64,000 bases of DNA from an uncultured Planctomycetales bacterium (lineage in GTDB: Bacteria; Planctomycetota; Phycisphaerae; UBA1845; PWPN01), in assembly GCA_964579675.1 (NCBI GenBank), contig CAZOIA010000002.1, positions 5,060 to 69,059 on the forward strand, given 5' to 3'. The notes beneath the pieces are model-generated. The model saw only the letters and a program-made list of their open reading frames with translations, was not told where the DNA came from and made no database searches. Made by a program: the position numbers and the translations under genes. Positions 56,031-64,000 of this stretch are shown here, in pieces (the first letter of the stretch is position 1; every line of letters starts with the position of its first letter).

Positions 56031-56606
56031 ATGGGTCGTTTGAAAGGCAGCGAGACGGAGAAGAACCTGCTGACCGGGTTTGCCGGTGAGTCGCAGGCCA
56101 GGAACCGGTACACGTACTTTGCCAGCCAGGCGAGAAAAGAGGGTTTCGTTCAGATTTCAGCCATTTTCGAAGAGACCGCCAATCAAGAGCGGGAGCACGC
56201 CAAGCGGCTGTTCAAGTTCCTCGAAGGCGGCGAGGTCGAGATCCAGGCTGCTTTCCCCGCGGGTGTGATTGGGAGCACGGCCGAGAATCTCAAGGCCGCT
56301 GCCGGCGGCGAGCACTACGAATGGGAAAGCATGTACCCCGGGTTCGCCAAGATCGCCCGTGATGAAGGCTTCAACGAGATCGCCAAGGTGTTCGAGGCCA
56401 TTGCCGTCGCGGAAAAGCAGCATGAAAGGCGATACCTCGGCCTGCTGGAGAATGTAGAAGCCGGCACGGTATTCAAGAAGAGCAAGAAGGTGGTCTGGCG
56501 GTGTCGGAACTGCGGCTACCTGCATGAGGGCGATGAGGCGCCAGAGACCTGTCCGGCCTGTACGCACCCGCAGGCACATTTCGAGCTGCTGGCCGAGAAC
56601 TGGTAA
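56031..56606 (+). CDS. rbr: Rubrerythrin
   Basis: [39 protein letters not shown]..., [10 protein letters not shown], and a C-terminal rubredoxin-like [25 protein letters not shown]. Confidence 0.92.
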   Translation: MGRLKGSETEKNLLTGFAGESQARNRYTYFASQARKEGFVQISAIFEETANQEREHAKRLFKFLEGGEVEIQAAFPAGVIGSTAENLKAAAGGEHYEWESMYPGFAKIARDEGFNEIAKVFEAIAVAEKQHERRYLGLLENVEAGTVFKKSKKVVWRCRNCGYLHEGDEAPETCPACTHPQAHFELLAENW

Positions 56607-56636
56607 TTGGCTCGTCGATGGCAAAGGGAGAACCGG

Positions 56637-58283
56637 ATGTTCTGCTACCAGTGTGAACAAACGGCGAAGGGGGCCGGATGCACCGCGAAGGGCGTGTGCG
56701 GTAAGGACGCACCGACGGCGGATCTGCAAGACGTTCTTCTGTATCTGGCCAAGGGTATCTCCATGTATGCTCACCGGGCCCGGGAGCTGGGTGCGCGCGA
56801 CCGGGACATCGACGTATTCGTGGTTGAGGCTTTGTTTACCACCGTGACGAACGTGAACTTCGACCCGGAGCGTCTCCAAAATCTCCTTGCCCGGGCCGTG
56901 GACGTGCGCGAGAAGGCCGAAAACCTGTACGCAACGGCGTGCCGGAAATCAGGGCACAAGGCCGAAACGGTGGGCGGCCCGGCGACGTTCAGACCGGCAG
57001 GCGATCTGGACGGGCTTCGCGAGCAGGCGGCGGAGATTTCCATCGCCAAACGTAAGGAGAGCCTGGGGGACGACATCACAGGGCTACAGGAACTGTTGAC
57101 CTACGGGCTCAAGGGATTGGCCGCCTATGCCGACCACGCGCAGATCCTCGGGCATGAGGACGATGCGATCTACGCCTTCCTGCACAAGGCCCTCGATGCC
57201 CTCACCCGGGACAATCCCGGCGTGGACGCACTGCTCGGGCTCTGTCTCAAGGCGGGCGAGGTGAATCTCCGGACGATGGAGATCCTGGACGCGGCCAACA
57301 CCGGGGCCTACGATCATCCCGTGCCGACGCCCGTGAGGATCACGCCTGTTGCGGGCAAGGCGATAGTCGTGTCCGGCCACGATCTCAAGGACCTCGAAGA
57401 ACTGCTCAAGCAGACGGAAGGAAAAGGCATCAATGTTTATACGCACGGCGAGATGCTTCCGGCTCACGGCTATCCCGGTCTGAAGAAGTACAGGCACCTG
57501 GTGGGCAACTATGGCGGCGCCTGGCAAGACCAGCAAAAGGAGTTCGACGCGCTGCCCGGTGCGATCCTGATGACCACCAACTGCATTCAGAATCCACGGG
57601 ACAGTTACAAGAATCGCATCTTCACCTCGGGACTGGTGGCCTGGCCGGGGGTGAAACACATCGGGCGGCAGCGCGACTTCTCGCCGGTGATCGAGGCGGC
57701 CCTGGGCGCGCCGGGATTCGACCAGGACCAACCGGAGAAGACCATCCTGGTCGGGTTCGGGCACGAAGCGGTCATGCAGGTGGCTGACGAAGTGGTCCAG
57801 GCGGTGAAAAGTGGCAAGATTCGACATTTCTTCCTGATCGGCGGATGTGACGGCGCCAGGCCCGGGCGCAACTACTACACGCGGTTTGCCGAGTCGGTTC
57901 CTGACGATTGCGTGATTCTCACCCTCGCTTGCGGCAAGTACCGGTTCAACAAGCTCGATTTTGGAGAGATCGACGGCATCCCCCGCCTGCTGGATGTTGG
58001 ACAGTGCAATGACGCCTACTCCGCCATCCAGATCGCCGTGGCCCTGGCCAAGGCGTTTGACTGTGGCGTGAACGACCTGCCGCTATCCCTGATCATATCC
58101 TGGTACGAGCAGAAGGCCGTTTGCATCCTGCTGACGTTGCTGCATCTGGGCATCAGGAACATCCGACTGGGACCGACACTCCCGGCGTTTGTCACACCCA
58201 ACGTCTTGAAGGTGCTGGTTGAGAAGTTCAACATCAGTCCGATCGGCACGCCGGAAGAGGACCTGGCCGCGATTCTGGGGTGA
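56637..58283 (+). CDS. hcp: Hybrid-cluster protein (hydroxylamine reductase / NO-stress protein)
   Basis: [24 protein letters not shown]-terminal Cys motif. ~548 aa with typical downstream motifs ([39 protein letters not shown]). Confidence 0.93.
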   Translation: MFCYQCEQTAKGAGCTAKGVCGKDAPTADLQDVLLYLAKGISMYAHRARELGARDRDIDVFVVEALFTTVTNVNFDPERLQNLLARAVDVREKAENLYATACRKSGHKAETVGGPATFRPAGDLDGLREQAAEISIAKRKESLGDDITGLQELLTYGLKGLAAYADHAQILGHEDDAIYAFLHKALDALTRDNPGVDALLGLCLKAGEVNLRTMEILDAANTGAYDHPVPTPVRITPVAGKAIVVSGHDLKDLEELLKQTEGKGINVYTHGEMLPAHGYPGLKKYRHLVGNYGGAWQDQQKEFDALPGAILMTTNCIQNPRDSYKNRIFTSGLVAWPGVKHIGRQRDFSPVIEAALGAPGFDQDQPEKTILVGFGHEAVMQVADEVVQAVKSGKIRHFFLIGGCDGARPGRNYYTRFAESVPDDCVILTLACGKYRFNKLDFGEIDGIPRLLDVGQCNDAYSAIQIAVALAKAFDCGVNDLPLSLIISWYEQKAVCILLTLLHLGIRNIRLGPTLPAFVTPNVLKVLVEKFNISPIGTPEEDLAAILG

Positions 58284-58366
58284 GTTTGCGGCCACGCCTG
58301 CCCGGCTTCGGCGCCACGTGCCTGGCAGTAAGGCGATCGAATAGCCTCCGGCAGAAAAGGTGAACC

Positions 58367-58519
58367 ATGGAGGCGATTGCACTGCGTCAGGGTCCAGCCG
58401 AAGTCGAGCGAGTGGACCTGGCCAAGCGGAACCCGAGGACGGGTGAGGTTCTGGACAAGACGATCCGTTGCGGTGTGTGCCGCACCGATCAGGAGATCCT
58501 TCGCCATGGCCAAGCATGA
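58367..58519 (+). pseudogene. 5' stub of a Zn-dependent alcohol/glucose dehydrogenase gene (paralogous to 59324-60424)
   Basis: MEAIALRQGPAEVERVDLAKRNPRTGEVLDKTIRCGVCRTDQEILRHGQA* aligns residue for residue with the N-terminus of the full gene (MKAIALRAGSTSVELTDLAKPAPRTGEVLVKTVSCGLCGTDREIIRRG). It breaks off exactly where the AOX-like ATG (58506) begins. It has its own RBS (AAAGGTGAACC ATG). Confidence 0.65.
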
Positions 58520-59204
58520 GCACACCATGGGCAAGGAACTCGACCTTAAGGCCGAGCAGGAGAAGACGCTGCAAACACCAGTGATGAAAGCGAACGTCAT
58601 CTTGCGAGCCATGTATCTCGCGATGGACTTGATTCACGGCGCCAAGCGGACCTTGCCCAAATTCAAGATGATCGAGATCCTGGCTCGCTATCCCTATTGG
58701 GCATGGGAGAACGGTTCGTACCACCGGCTGACCCGCAACTACTCCAAAGTGGAGTACGCCAGGAAGGAGGATTCAGAACCTGCTCTCCGGCACATTGAGC
58801 TTGGGCGGCATTCCCAGGATAACGAGCAGTGGCACTTGATGCTGATCGAAGACATCATGCGGCGAAAGGGAATGAGGCAACGCTGGCTCGTGTCGTCGTT
58901 TGTGGCGCGGTTTCTGGCTTTCGGCTATCTCATTCTCACCCGGCTTCTCTACCGCTTGAAGCCGGAGTGGTCGTTTGCCATGAACGCCAGGTTCGAATCC
59001 CATGCGGAACACGAGTACATGCGCCTTGTTCAAGAGCATCCGGAATGGGAAGGCGAACCGGTGGAGTCCGAGTACTTCGAACACTACCCCCGACAGAAGA
59101 CGATGGCCGATCTGTTCAGGCGGATCGGTCTCGACGAACGAGACCACATGACCGAATCGATCGAGGAATACGAGCGCCTGACCGGCCGAACGCTTTCAGA
59201 ATAG
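58506..59204 (+). CDS. Alternative-oxidase-like (AOX/PTOX family) membrane-associated di-iron carboxylate protein
   Basis: Four-motif di-iron pattern in order: KMIEILARYPYWAW (E), DNEQWHLM (ExxH), ARFESHAEHEY (E) and LDERDHM (ExxH). 232 aa. ATG 58506 (MAKHEHTMGKE). Confidence 0.7.
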   Translation: MAKHEHTMGKELDLKAEQEKTLQTPVMKANVILRAMYLAMDLIHGAKRTLPKFKMIEILARYPYWAWENGSYHRLTRNYSKVEYARKEDSEPALRHIELGRHSQDNEQWHLMLIEDIMRRKGMRQRWLVSSFVARFLAFGYLILTRLLYRLKPEWSFAMNARFESHAEHEYMRLVQEHPEWEGEPVESEYFEHYPRQKTMADLFRRIGLDERDHMTESIEEYERLTGRTLSE

Positions 59205-59323
59205 CCCTCCCGACGGCACAGGCGCGGCTTACGGGGTTGCGAGGAAGAGAGCAGGCGTAACAAACGGATTCAACGCGAACCCGAGCAAGATGCCGGATGG
59301 GTACCGACGAGAACTGTGAAGCC

Positions 59324-60424
59324 ATGAAAGCGATAGCGTTACGCGCGGGTTCAACCTCCGTCGAGTTGACGGACCTGGCCAAGCCGGCGCCCAGAACCGG
59401 CGAGGTTCTGGTCAAGACCGTTAGTTGCGGCCTGTGCGGCACCGACCGGGAGATCATTCGCCGCGGCATCCCCGACGTCCCGCCGGGCGAGGACTTCCTA
59501 GTCTTGGGCCATGAGGCCCTGGGCCGGGTCGAAGCGTTGGGCCCCGGAACGGAAACCGACCTGAAACCGGGTGACCTGGTGACGGTGATGGTTCGCCGCG
59601 GCTGCGGTAAGTGCAATGCCTGCCTCACGGGACACGTGGACTACTGCTACACCGGCCAGTACACCGAGCGCGGCATCCACAAGGTTCACGGCTTCTTCAC
59701 GGAGTACTTCGTTGACCAGCCGCAGTACGTCGTGCCCGTGCCGGCTGACCTGGAGGATCTCGGCGTCCTGGCGGAACCCATGAGCGTGTCCGCCAAGGCG
59801 TACGAAGTGGCGGCTGGGCTCATGGGGCGGGTATGTTTCGACGGTGCCTGCTCGTTCCGTGCAAGGCAGGAGAAGGCACTTGTCGCCGGCCATGGTCCGA
59901 TCGGGATGCTTGCGGCACTGCTGCTGATGACGGAAGGGTACGACGTCAGCGTCCTGGGCCGCCGCAAGCCGGGCGACTTCCAGCGAGCGTTCGTCGAGTC
60001 GTTCGGGGCGCGGTATCTGGATATCACCAAGGACGAGGACCGGGTATTTGCGGAGCAGGAAGGCGGCTTTCTGCTCATTATCGAGGCGGCGGGCATAGCG
60101 GAGTTGACGTTCCGGCTGCCGGGGCTGCTGAGTCGCAACGGCATTCTCGTGCTGACGGGTGTGCCGCGTGGGCCGCAGGAGATCTGCCTCGACGGGAACA
60201 CGCTCATGGCGAGCCTGGTGCGGTTCAACCAGACGATCACCGGCACGGTCAATGCTTCACGCGAGAACTTCAAAATGGGTCTTCGGTACCTGGAGGCGTT
60301 CAAGGAGAAGTCCCCCGAAACGGTCAGGGGCATCATTACCAGCCGCTACACACTCGACAACTGGCAAGACGCCTTTGGCGCAAAGAACCAGGATGAGATC
60401 AAAGCGGTCATCGAGTTCGAATGA
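59324..60424 (+). CDS. Zn-dependent medium-chain dehydrogenase (glucose 1-dehydrogenase / threonine-dehydrogenase-like)
   Basis: MKAIALRAGSTSVELTDL..., CGLCGTDREI (catalytic Zn Cys), structural Zn Cys cluster GCGKCNACLTGHVDYC, and Rossmann VAGHGPIG. Confidence 0.85.
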   Translation: MKAIALRAGSTSVELTDLAKPAPRTGEVLVKTVSCGLCGTDREIIRRGIPDVPPGEDFLVLGHEALGRVEALGPGTETDLKPGDLVTVMVRRGCGKCNACLTGHVDYCYTGQYTERGIHKVHGFFTEYFVDQPQYVVPVPADLEDLGVLAEPMSVSAKAYEVAAGLMGRVCFDGACSFRARQEKALVAGHGPIGMLAALLLMTEGYDVSVLGRRKPGDFQRAFVESFGARYLDITKDEDRVFAEQEGGFLLIIEAAGIAELTFRLPGLLSRNGILVLTGVPRGPQEICLDGNTLMASLVRFNQTITGTVNASRENFKMGLRYLEAFKEKSPETVRGIITSRYTLDNWQDAFGAKNQDEIKAVIEFE

Positions 60425-61734
60425 AGACGTATGACATCGTTGCAGGGATCATCACGGCAAGCTGGCAGGTTCTTGGCCAGATGTCGCCGTATCTGCTGTT
60501 CGGCTTTCTCGTGGCCGGGGCGCTTGCGGTATGGGTTTCGCCCGAGTGGGTGGAACGCCACCTGGGCCGGCGCGGGCTTGGTCCTGTGTTCAAGGCGTCA
60601 CTGTTCGGAGTGCCGCTTCCGTTGTGTTCGTGCGGGGTGATACCGGTGTCGGCCTCGCTTCGCCGGCACGGCGCGAGCCGGGCAGCCACGACCGCGTTTC
60701 TGCTCTCCACGCCCCAGACGGGTGTGGACAGCATTGCCGTCACGTACGCGCTGCTCGGGCCGGTCTTCGCAGTCTTCCGTCCGATCGCGGCTTTGCTCAC
60801 CGGCTTTGTCGGCGGCGGGCTGGTGCAGGTTCTCGGCGAGGCGGGCGGGACGGGCAGTACGAAGGACTCTGGCCCTGCCGCCTGCACCGAAGCCTGCTGT
60901 GCGGAGAGGCACGAGGGCGGCGTTCTGTTTCGTGCTCTGCGGTACGGGTTTTTGACCTTGCCGCGGGACATCGGGCCGGCGCTGCTGGTGGGAATCATTA
61001 TCGCCGGGGCGATGGCGGCACTCGTGCCACAGGGTCTTTTGAACGCGTATGTCGGTAGGGGTGTGTTGTCGATTCTGTTGTTGATGGCGGCGGGCGTGCC
61101 GGTCTACGTCTGTGCGACCGCATCGGTTCCGATCGCGGCCGGCTTCATGCATATAGGCGCCTCGCCCGGGGCGGCCCTGGCATTCCTGATTGCCGGACCC
61201 GCCACCAATGCCGCCACGTTCACCACGGTCTGGAAGGTGCTGGGACGGCAGACGGCGATCCTGTATCTTGCCACCGTTGCCGCCAGCGCGATCACCTGCG
61301 GATTGGCGCTGGACCGGCTGGTCCCGGCGGTGGCGGCTGCCCTGCCGCAGCTTGACAGCCATGCTCACGCTGCTGAAGCGGGCGGTCTGTTCTACCACGC
61401 GGCGGCAGTCGTGCTCCTTGTCGTACTGGCGTTTTCCTATCGGGCAACGCCGCGCCACCGGGCCGGCAAAGAAACTGTGGAAAAGGAGCCGAGCAAAGTC
61501 GCCAACGCCGCTGACGAACGCCGCCTGGAACTCGCGGTGACGGGCATGACCTGCAGCCACTGCGCCGAGAGCGTCTCGCGTGCGCTTGCTGAGTGTGCCG
61601 GCGTCCACTCCGTAGAGGTGGATTTGAGCGGCGGACGGGCTGTCGTGAAGGGCGGCGGTATCGATCCCGACCGGCTTCTGGCCGCAGTTGCCGGACTGGG
61701 ATACACGGCTAAGGTGGCGGGCGAAACGGCGTGA
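60421..61734 (+). CDS. Permease (PF03773/DUF318-type, SO_0444-like Cu/Zn efflux transporter) with C-terminal HMA metal-binding domain
   Basis: ~10 TM segments with paired CSCGVIP and YVCATASVP motifs. The C-terminal LELAVTGMTCSHCAESVSRAL...GYTAKV is a heavy-metal-associated domain with GMTCxxC. ATGA overlap with the ADH gene. Confidence 0.8.
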   Translation: MKTYDIVAGIITASWQVLGQMSPYLLFGFLVAGALAVWVSPEWVERHLGRRGLGPVFKASLFGVPLPLCSCGVIPVSASLRRHGASRAATTAFLLSTPQTGVDSIAVTYALLGPVFAVFRPIAALLTGFVGGGLVQVLGEAGGTGSTKDSGPAACTEACCAERHEGGVLFRALRYGFLTLPRDIGPALLVGIIIAGAMAALVPQGLLNAYVGRGVLSILLLMAAGVPVYVCATASVPIAAGFMHIGASPGAALAFLIAGPATNAATFTTVWKVLGRQTAILYLATVAASAITCGLALDRLVPAVAAALPQLDSHAHAAEAGGLFYHAAAVVLLVVLAFSYRATPRHRAGKETVEKEPSKVANAADERRLELAVTGMTCSHCAESVSRALAECAGVHSVEVDLSGGRAVVKGGGIDPDRLLAAVAGLGYTAKVAGETA

Positions 61735-61786
61735 TGCGTGAGCGACTTATCGAGGAAATGAGGAACAGGCAGGTTACGGATAGAAC

Positions 61787-62992
61787 ATGATGAACACGAC
61801 ATTGCGGGACAACATCGACTGGGTCGGGTACGTGGATTGGACGGTCCGGGACTTTCACAGCTACGAGACCGACCGCGGCGCTACTTATAACGCCTATCTC
61901 GTCCGTGACGAGAAGACGGCGCTGATCGACACGGTCAAGGCGCCGTTTGTGGGCGACCTCCTCACGAAAGTGTCGGGGATGGTCCGTCCTGCGAAGGTGG
62001 ACTACGTGGTCTGCAACCATGCCGAGGCCGATCATGCCAGCGCTTTGCCGCAGGTTATGGCGGCTCTGCCCAATGCAACGCTGATATGCGACGAGAAGTG
62101 CAATGCGGCGCTTGCCAGACACTACGACACGTCGAGCTGGAAGGTACGGATAGTGTCCACCGGCGACACCGTCCCGCTCGGCAAGCGGACGCTCCAGTTC
62201 ATAGAGACCCCCATGGTGCACTGGCCCGAGTCCATGTTCACCTACGTTCCCGAGGAGAAACTGCTCTTTTCGATGGACGCCTTCGGCCAGCACTACGCCA
62301 GTTCACAGCGATTCGACGACGAGGTGTGCCTGTCTGCCGTGATGGCCGAGGCTAAAACCTACTACGCCAACATCGTCATGCCCTACGGCAAGCGCGTGGC
62401 CTCAGTGTTGGAACAAGCGGCCGGACTCGACATCGAGATGATCGCACCCGCGCATGGCGTGATCTGGCGCAGTCATATCGCAAAGATCCTGGAAGCGTAT
62501 GAAGACTGGGCGGTCTGCCGGCCCAGCCCCAAGGTGCTGGTTGTCTACGATACCATGTGGGACAGTACCGGCGAGATGGCCCGGGCGATCCACGAAGGCG
62601 CGTCCTTGCCCGGCGTGGCTGCTGAACTCATTCACATCCGGCGTTCCAGCCTGACCCGGATCGCAACGGAGGTTCTCGACGCGGCCACTGTTGCCTTCGG
62701 CTCGTCCACGCTCAACCAGGGCATGATGCCGATGGCGGGGGCGGTGCTGACGTACCTGAAGGGGTTGAGACCGGCGGGCAAAGCCGGTTTCGCGTTCGGC
62801 TCCTACGGATGGGGCAAGGGCGGACCGGAAGCGGTGGATGAATGCCTGAAAGCCATGACGTGGGAGATTCTGCACGACCCGATCAAGTCTCAATACCGCC
62901 CCACACGGGACATACTGGATGAATGCCGGTCGGCAGGGAAAGTGCTCGCCGAAAAGGCAAGAGCGATGGGCGCTCGTCGCGAAACGGTCTAG
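61787..62992 (+). CDS. Flavodiiron protein (class A; O2/NO reductase, FprA/ROO-like)
   Basis: N-terminal MBL-like di-iron domain (YNAYLVRDEKTALIDTV, NHAEADHASAL). C-terminal flavodoxin-like domain (KVLVVYDTMWDSTGEMA, FGSSTLNQGM). Confidence 0.9.
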   Translation: MMNTTLRDNIDWVGYVDWTVRDFHSYETDRGATYNAYLVRDEKTALIDTVKAPFVGDLLTKVSGMVRPAKVDYVVCNHAEADHASALPQVMAALPNATLICDEKCNAALARHYDTSSWKVRIVSTGDTVPLGKRTLQFIETPMVHWPESMFTYVPEEKLLFSMDAFGQHYASSQRFDDEVCLSAVMAEAKTYYANIVMPYGKRVASVLEQAAGLDIEMIAPAHGVIWRSHIAKILEAYEDWAVCRPSPKVLVVYDTMWDSTGEMARAIHEGASLPGVAAELIHIRRSSLTRIATEVLDAATVAFGSSTLNQGMMPMAGAVLTYLKGLRPAGKAGFAFGSYGWGKGGPEAVDECLKAMTWEILHDPIKSQYRPTRDILDECRSAGKVLAEKARAMGARRETV

Positions 62993-63019
62993 AATGGCAA
63001 CGCTCCGTGTTCGATAAGT

Positions 63020-63634
63020 GTGCAGTTCCAGATTGTGGGTGGCACTCCCCTACGGGAGCGAGTGGGAGATCTCGGCTTGGACTTGCCCAGTCTTCTGGGA
63101 ATTGCGGTTGGATTGGCGATGGACGCGTTTGCGGTCTCAATTGCGGCCGGGCTGTCTATACGTCGCGTAACGTCCCGGCACGTGTTCCGCCTTGCCTTTC
63201 ATTTCGGCCTTTTCCAGTTCATGATGCCGATTCTCGGCTGGTGGGCGGGCTCCACGGTCTCTTCACACATTGCCGATTACGACCATTGGCTGGCATGCGG
63301 GCTGCTCAGCGTCATAGGCGGCAAGATGCTGTTCGATGCCTGGTCGGGGAAAGCAAAGGGAACGAAGTCCGATCCGACCAGAGGTTGGCTTCTGGTGGGG
63401 CTCTCGATTGCGACAAGCGTTGACGCATTTGCGGTGGGCCTCAGCATGGCGTTTCTTCGAGTCTCCATTTTGCTACCATGTATTCTCATTGGCCTTGTCG
63501 CGGCGGCCTTCAGCGCTGCAGGCGTCATCTTTGGCAGGCGGCTGCTTCGCGACTGGGGGCGCGCTGCCGATGTGGTTGGGGGCTGCGTTCTGGCACTCAT
63601 TGGCGTCAGGATTCTCGTGTCACATTTGGCATGA
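63020..63634 (+). CDS. mntP: Manganese efflux pump MntP
   Basis: GLAMDAFAVSIAAG and a second VDAFAVGLSMA repeat (DUF204 x2), with 6 TM segments. The true start is probably internal (GTG 63062 or TTG 63077, after GGGAG), because MntP normally begins ~12 aa before MDAF. Confidence 0.85.
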   Translation: MQFQIVGGTPLRERVGDLGLDLPSLLGIAVGLAMDAFAVSIAAGLSIRRVTSRHVFRLAFHFGLFQFMMPILGWWAGSTVSSHIADYDHWLACGLLSVIGGKMLFDAWSGKAKGTKSDPTRGWLLVGLSIATSVDAFAVGLSMAFLRVSILLPCILIGLVAAAFSAAGVIFGRRLLRDWGRAADVVGGCVLALIGVRILVSHLA

Positions 63635-63984
63635 AGCTGTGATGTACGGATCGGCGACCTAACGGGAATTCGCGGGGCTGGAACGGGTGAGGCACTTACC
63701 GTTGATCCGCCCCGCCGCCATCGAACTGGAGAAGCATACGTGAATCTCGAAGGGCTTCTCGCACGTGGCTATGCTTACTACACAGAAGTGTTCAGCGATA
63801 AGCGCCTGCCAACGGCACCCACCCACAGAGCGGAGCCGAGGCGGTGTTTCGACCGAATACTCCCCCGACGGCGCCCGCATACGGAGCGGCGCCGACGGGG
63901 CTTCTGGGGAAGACAGGTCCCCGACCGTCGGGGAACATTCGAGATAGCGAGTTGACACTGACGACCCAGGAAAGGAAGAACACG

Positions 63985-64000
63985 ATGAAGAAGTACGTTT
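63985..64000 (+). CDS. Start of an unidentified gene (partial, runs off the window)
   Basis: ATGAAGAAGTACGTT (MKKYV...) is preceded by GGAAAGGAAG 7 nt upstream. Only 5 codons are visible. Confidence 0.25.

Noticed and set aside
62993-63080. yybP-ykoY manganese riboswitch upstream of mntP.
   Set aside because: Only ~27-85 nt are available, and the conserved GGGGAGUAG and other core strings are absent. Only a small CTCCC-CTAC-GGGAG hairpin is present.
63952-63957. A perfect TTGACA -35 hexamer 28 nt upstream of the ATG at 63985.
   Set aside because: No acceptable -10 element lies 16-18 nt downstream (the sequence there is GAAGAA), and the position would leave no room for the 5' UTR and RBS.

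Overview
The window is a high-GC (~65%) bacterial chromosomal segment. No rRNA genes, transposases, integrases, CRISPR arrays or phage genes were recognised. Gene content suggests an anaerobic Planctomycetota (Phycisphaerae-like) genome: a sulfatase, a dockerin-like C-terminus, giant beta-propeller secreted proteins, a MoxR/DUF58/VWA Bat-type operon, and frequent GTG/TTG starts. This taxonomic call is inference only.

Gene order along the window:
- groES-groEL (minus strand).
- An Arn-like polyprenyl-phosphate-sugar glycosylation cluster. It holds a GT-C transferase, a SAM methyltransferase, a methyltransferase-GT2 fusion, an SDR epimerase and manA.
- A minus-strand run of Zn-ribbon protein, MBL hydrolase, secreted esterase, B12-binding radical SAM enzyme and RACo-like corrinoid activator. 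It is divergent from a UroD/MtaA-family methyltransferase.
- A sulfatase.
- A ~17 kb plus-strand operon coding for a TPR/CBM protein, a 1559-aa beta-propeller/CBM9-like protein, MoxR, DUF58, two VWA membrane proteins, a membrane protein, a prenyltransferase-like toroid protein and a frameshifted NPCBM-like protein.
- tRNA-Leu(CAA), moaC, miaA, and AraC and LysR regulators, followed by a LysR-controlled FMN glutamate-synthase-like gene.
- A minus-strand run of RND pump, small ORF, sialidase and GHL10.
- A ~12 kb plus-strand, lower-GC island of anaerobe-type O2/ROS/NO and metal defence genes. It contains tpx, ferritin, cytochrome c peroxidase, a small ferritin-like protein, hemerythrin, desulfoferrodoxin, rubrerythrin, hcp, an AOX-like di-iron oxidase, a Zn-ADH, an HMA-permease, a flavodiiron protein and mntP.

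Most noteworthy non-gene signals:
- A 28-nt hairpin repeat family, with preceding purine-rich short-period (7-8 nt) tandem tracts. It occupies intra-operon spacers, always in the sense orientation.
- Two 5' gene stubs (a peroxiredoxin and a Zn-ADH) that mark mosaic junctions in the oxidative-stress island.
- A corrinoid-activation and methyltransferase pair wired to a B12-radical-SAM enzyme, with no separate corrinoid protein.

All family assignments were made by eye from motifs. No database search was possible.
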